NCBI RefSeq assembly: GCF_001194135.2
Contig: NC_068992.1
Location: forward strand, 50,143,652-50,207,651
DNA from: Octopus bimaculoides
Lineage: Eukaryota
DNA: 64,000 nt
Direction of reading: 5' to 3'
Under the pieces are notes generated by a model that was given only the letters and a program-made list of their open reading frames with translations, had not been told where the DNA came from and made no database searches. Positions within the stretch are counted from its first letter, which is position 1; every line of letters begins with the position of its first letter. The position numbers were made by a program, and so were the translations under genes. Below are positions 61,606 to 64,000 of the stretch, piece after piece.

Positions 61606-62239
61606 AAATCATTGTGTGTGTGTGTGTGTTTATGTATGCATACATGCATATATCACCATCCATTTTTTGTCCATTTTCCATGCTGGCATGGGTTGGACAA
61701 TTTGACCAGAGCTAGCAAACCTGAGAGCTGCACCTGAATCCAGTCTGATTTGGCTTGGTTTTTATGCATACATACACACATACATACATGAATACATACA
61801 TACATGTATGCATGAATACATACATACATACATATACACATACACATATATATGTTTGTACATACTTACATAAATATATATGCTTGCAAATATATTCCTA
61901 CATACATGCATGTATATTTACACCTCTCTCTATACACAAAGATCTACAAGACATACACTCTCTCTCTTTCTTTTACTCTCTCTTTCTTCTACTCTCTCTT
62001 TCTTTTACTCTCTCTCTTTCTATTACTCTCTCTCTTTCCGCACCCCCTCCCCACTTGCATACACATATATGTACTCAACTATGCACATAAAAAAACCCCT
62101 TCCTTTACACTTACCCAGGATATTTATGTGAATAAAAGGATTTGGAATGAGAAGTTTCATGATATCAGGGTGGAAACTGCCACACCCTTATTATTGCATC
62201 TCGTTTACACTTGGAGATTGGTTGCACGCATGCATTCAT

Positions 62240-62293
<54 letters not shown>

Positions 62294-62522
62294 NNNNNNN
62301 NNNNNNNNNNNNNNNNNNNNNNNNNNNNNNNNNNNNNNNNNNNNNNNNNNNNNNNNNNNNNNNNNNNNNNNNNNNNNNNNNNNNNNNNNNNNNNNNNNNN
62401 NNNNNNNNNNNNNNNNNNNNNNNNNNNNNNNNNNNNNNNNNNNNNNNNNNNNNNNNNNNNNNNNNNNNNNNNNNNNNNNNNNNNNNNNNNNNNNNNNNNN
62501 NNNNNNNNNNNNNNNNNNNNNN

Positions 62523-62554
<32 letters not shown>

Positions 62555-62590
62555 GTAAATATAATATGAGACAATTATTCAGTAGCCATG

Positions 62591-62649
62591 ATAAAACTCC
62601 GAGTTTCGGATGTCAGAGCAGAAACCCACACTGCCATCTCTTCAGTTAT
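62591..62649 (-). ncRNA. Type I hammerhead ribozyme motif
   Basis: Minus strand: ataa CTGAAGA gatggcag-tgtgggtttctgct-ctgacatcc GAAA ctcgga GTT ttat. Stem I is ataa/ttat, stem II is gatg-g-cag/ctg-a-catc with one extra C, stem III is the near-palindrome ACTC-G-GAGT, and the triplet is GUU. Confidence 0.6.
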
Positions 62650-63713
62650 GAGATGACCATCACTAGTCCTACTGCTATCAGAAAAGCACTTAATACATTC
62701 TTTACAGTAGTCAGTGTTAGGCATGGGATTCAGCTATAGAATCCTTACCAAAACAGACATCAGAGCATGACACTGTCTTCAACCTATCAGATCTTGTCAA
62801 ACTGTTTAATCCATGTCATCATGGAAGCCAGATGTCAAATTATGATGATGATGAGGATGCTAATGATAATTATTACATATATATATATAAATAAGCATTA
62901 CATCTTATCAAAGTTCAGTAGTGGGTTCTACACTCCAATATCCAGTGTTGTATCACATGGGATATCAATGTTAGGATAGGCTTGTGTATGGAATCCTTAC
63001 TATATTATGACATGAGAGGTTGTTGATAATTTGCATAACAGGGAAAATGTATATATTGGGAGGGGAGCTTTTAATATCTCCTATTGTATTTATTGCGGGG
63101 CACTGATGACGTGAAGCAGAAGATTGCATATTGTTTTAACAACTGTTATGTAATTACTACAGCATTTTGTTGAAACATGTGTATGTTCTATAAAGTATTG
63201 AATAACATGTCTTGAGCTTAATTATTATTTCTCTCCCCCTCTCTCTCTCACTCTCTTTAGCTGTCTATCTCTATCTCTCTCTATATCTATGTTAGAGAGA
63301 AACATTTCAACTGTTTCCGTCTCTTAGATTCAACTTACAATGCATCCCAATACTATAGCAGAAGATACTCACCCAAAGTGCCATCCAGTGGGAATGATCT
63401 TGGAACCATATTCCTCACAAAGCAAACTATCAGACCACACAGTTATGCCTACACTTTGTATGCATACATATAAATCAATGCCTAATATTTTATTATCTAA
63501 TTGTATTAAACATTAGAAATACTAATTTCAGCTTGTTCAGGCATGTCCTCATAGCCTTATAGCCTTAAATTAGCTTTATAATTTTCCATACCACCCACAC
63601 ATACACACATAAGCATCTATTGTTTATGTGTATTTCATTGTACAAAATACCAAAATACCCAATAGCCTAGTGTCGGAAAATATATATTATGTAGTGTGAT
63701 GTAAATTTGGTGC

Positions 63714-63770
<57 letters not shown>

Positions 63771-63874
63771 TAAGGGAGACAAAACTTGATATCTTCTCAA
63801 TCTGTTGATAACTAACACATACACACACATACACATGCACACACATTACTTTAGGATGGCTATAGTGCCAATTA

Positions 63875-63916
<42 letters not shown>

Positions 63917-64000
63917 ATGCCTGTGTCTTCTTGTCTTGACATTGCCCGATAGCTGTAAATGTGTATCAGCATCATACATTCATTGACAGTAATCTGCGAA

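Overview
AT-rich, microsatellite-dense animal genomic DNA with many short N gaps. The repeat families and microsatellite load look like a coleoid cephalopod (Octopus-like); this is inference, not database-checked. The only host gene signal I can support is the first coding exon of a death-associated protein kinase (DAPK1-like) gene on the minus strand (39691-39633, MEFKQEPVENYYTIGENLG-S, phase-2 GT donor). I found no second exon, so most of 1-39632 is probably one very long first intron. Most of the other recognisable sequence is transposon-derived: four tRNA-headed SINE families (called A-D here), RTE, Jockey/I-like and CRE-like LINE fragments, Penelope-like fragments, two internally deleted DD37D (maT-type) Tc1/mariner copies, and piggyBac-, pogo- and MULE/Merlin-like MITEs. 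The most interesting signals are: (1) a set of minimal type-I hammerhead ribozyme motifs with palindromic stem III in Penelope-like or retrozyme-like remnants, one with a fully canonical core at 57371-57460 and two in fold-back inverted arrangements; (2) two unrelated fold-back MITEs carrying telomeric CCCTAA hexamers; (3) a CpG-retaining domain of about 11 kb around the DAPK 5' end; (4) a 28-bp CRE/N-box-containing VNTR. No CRISPR, rRNA or true tRNA genes were found. The long ORFs in the track are N-gap or microsatellite artefacts.
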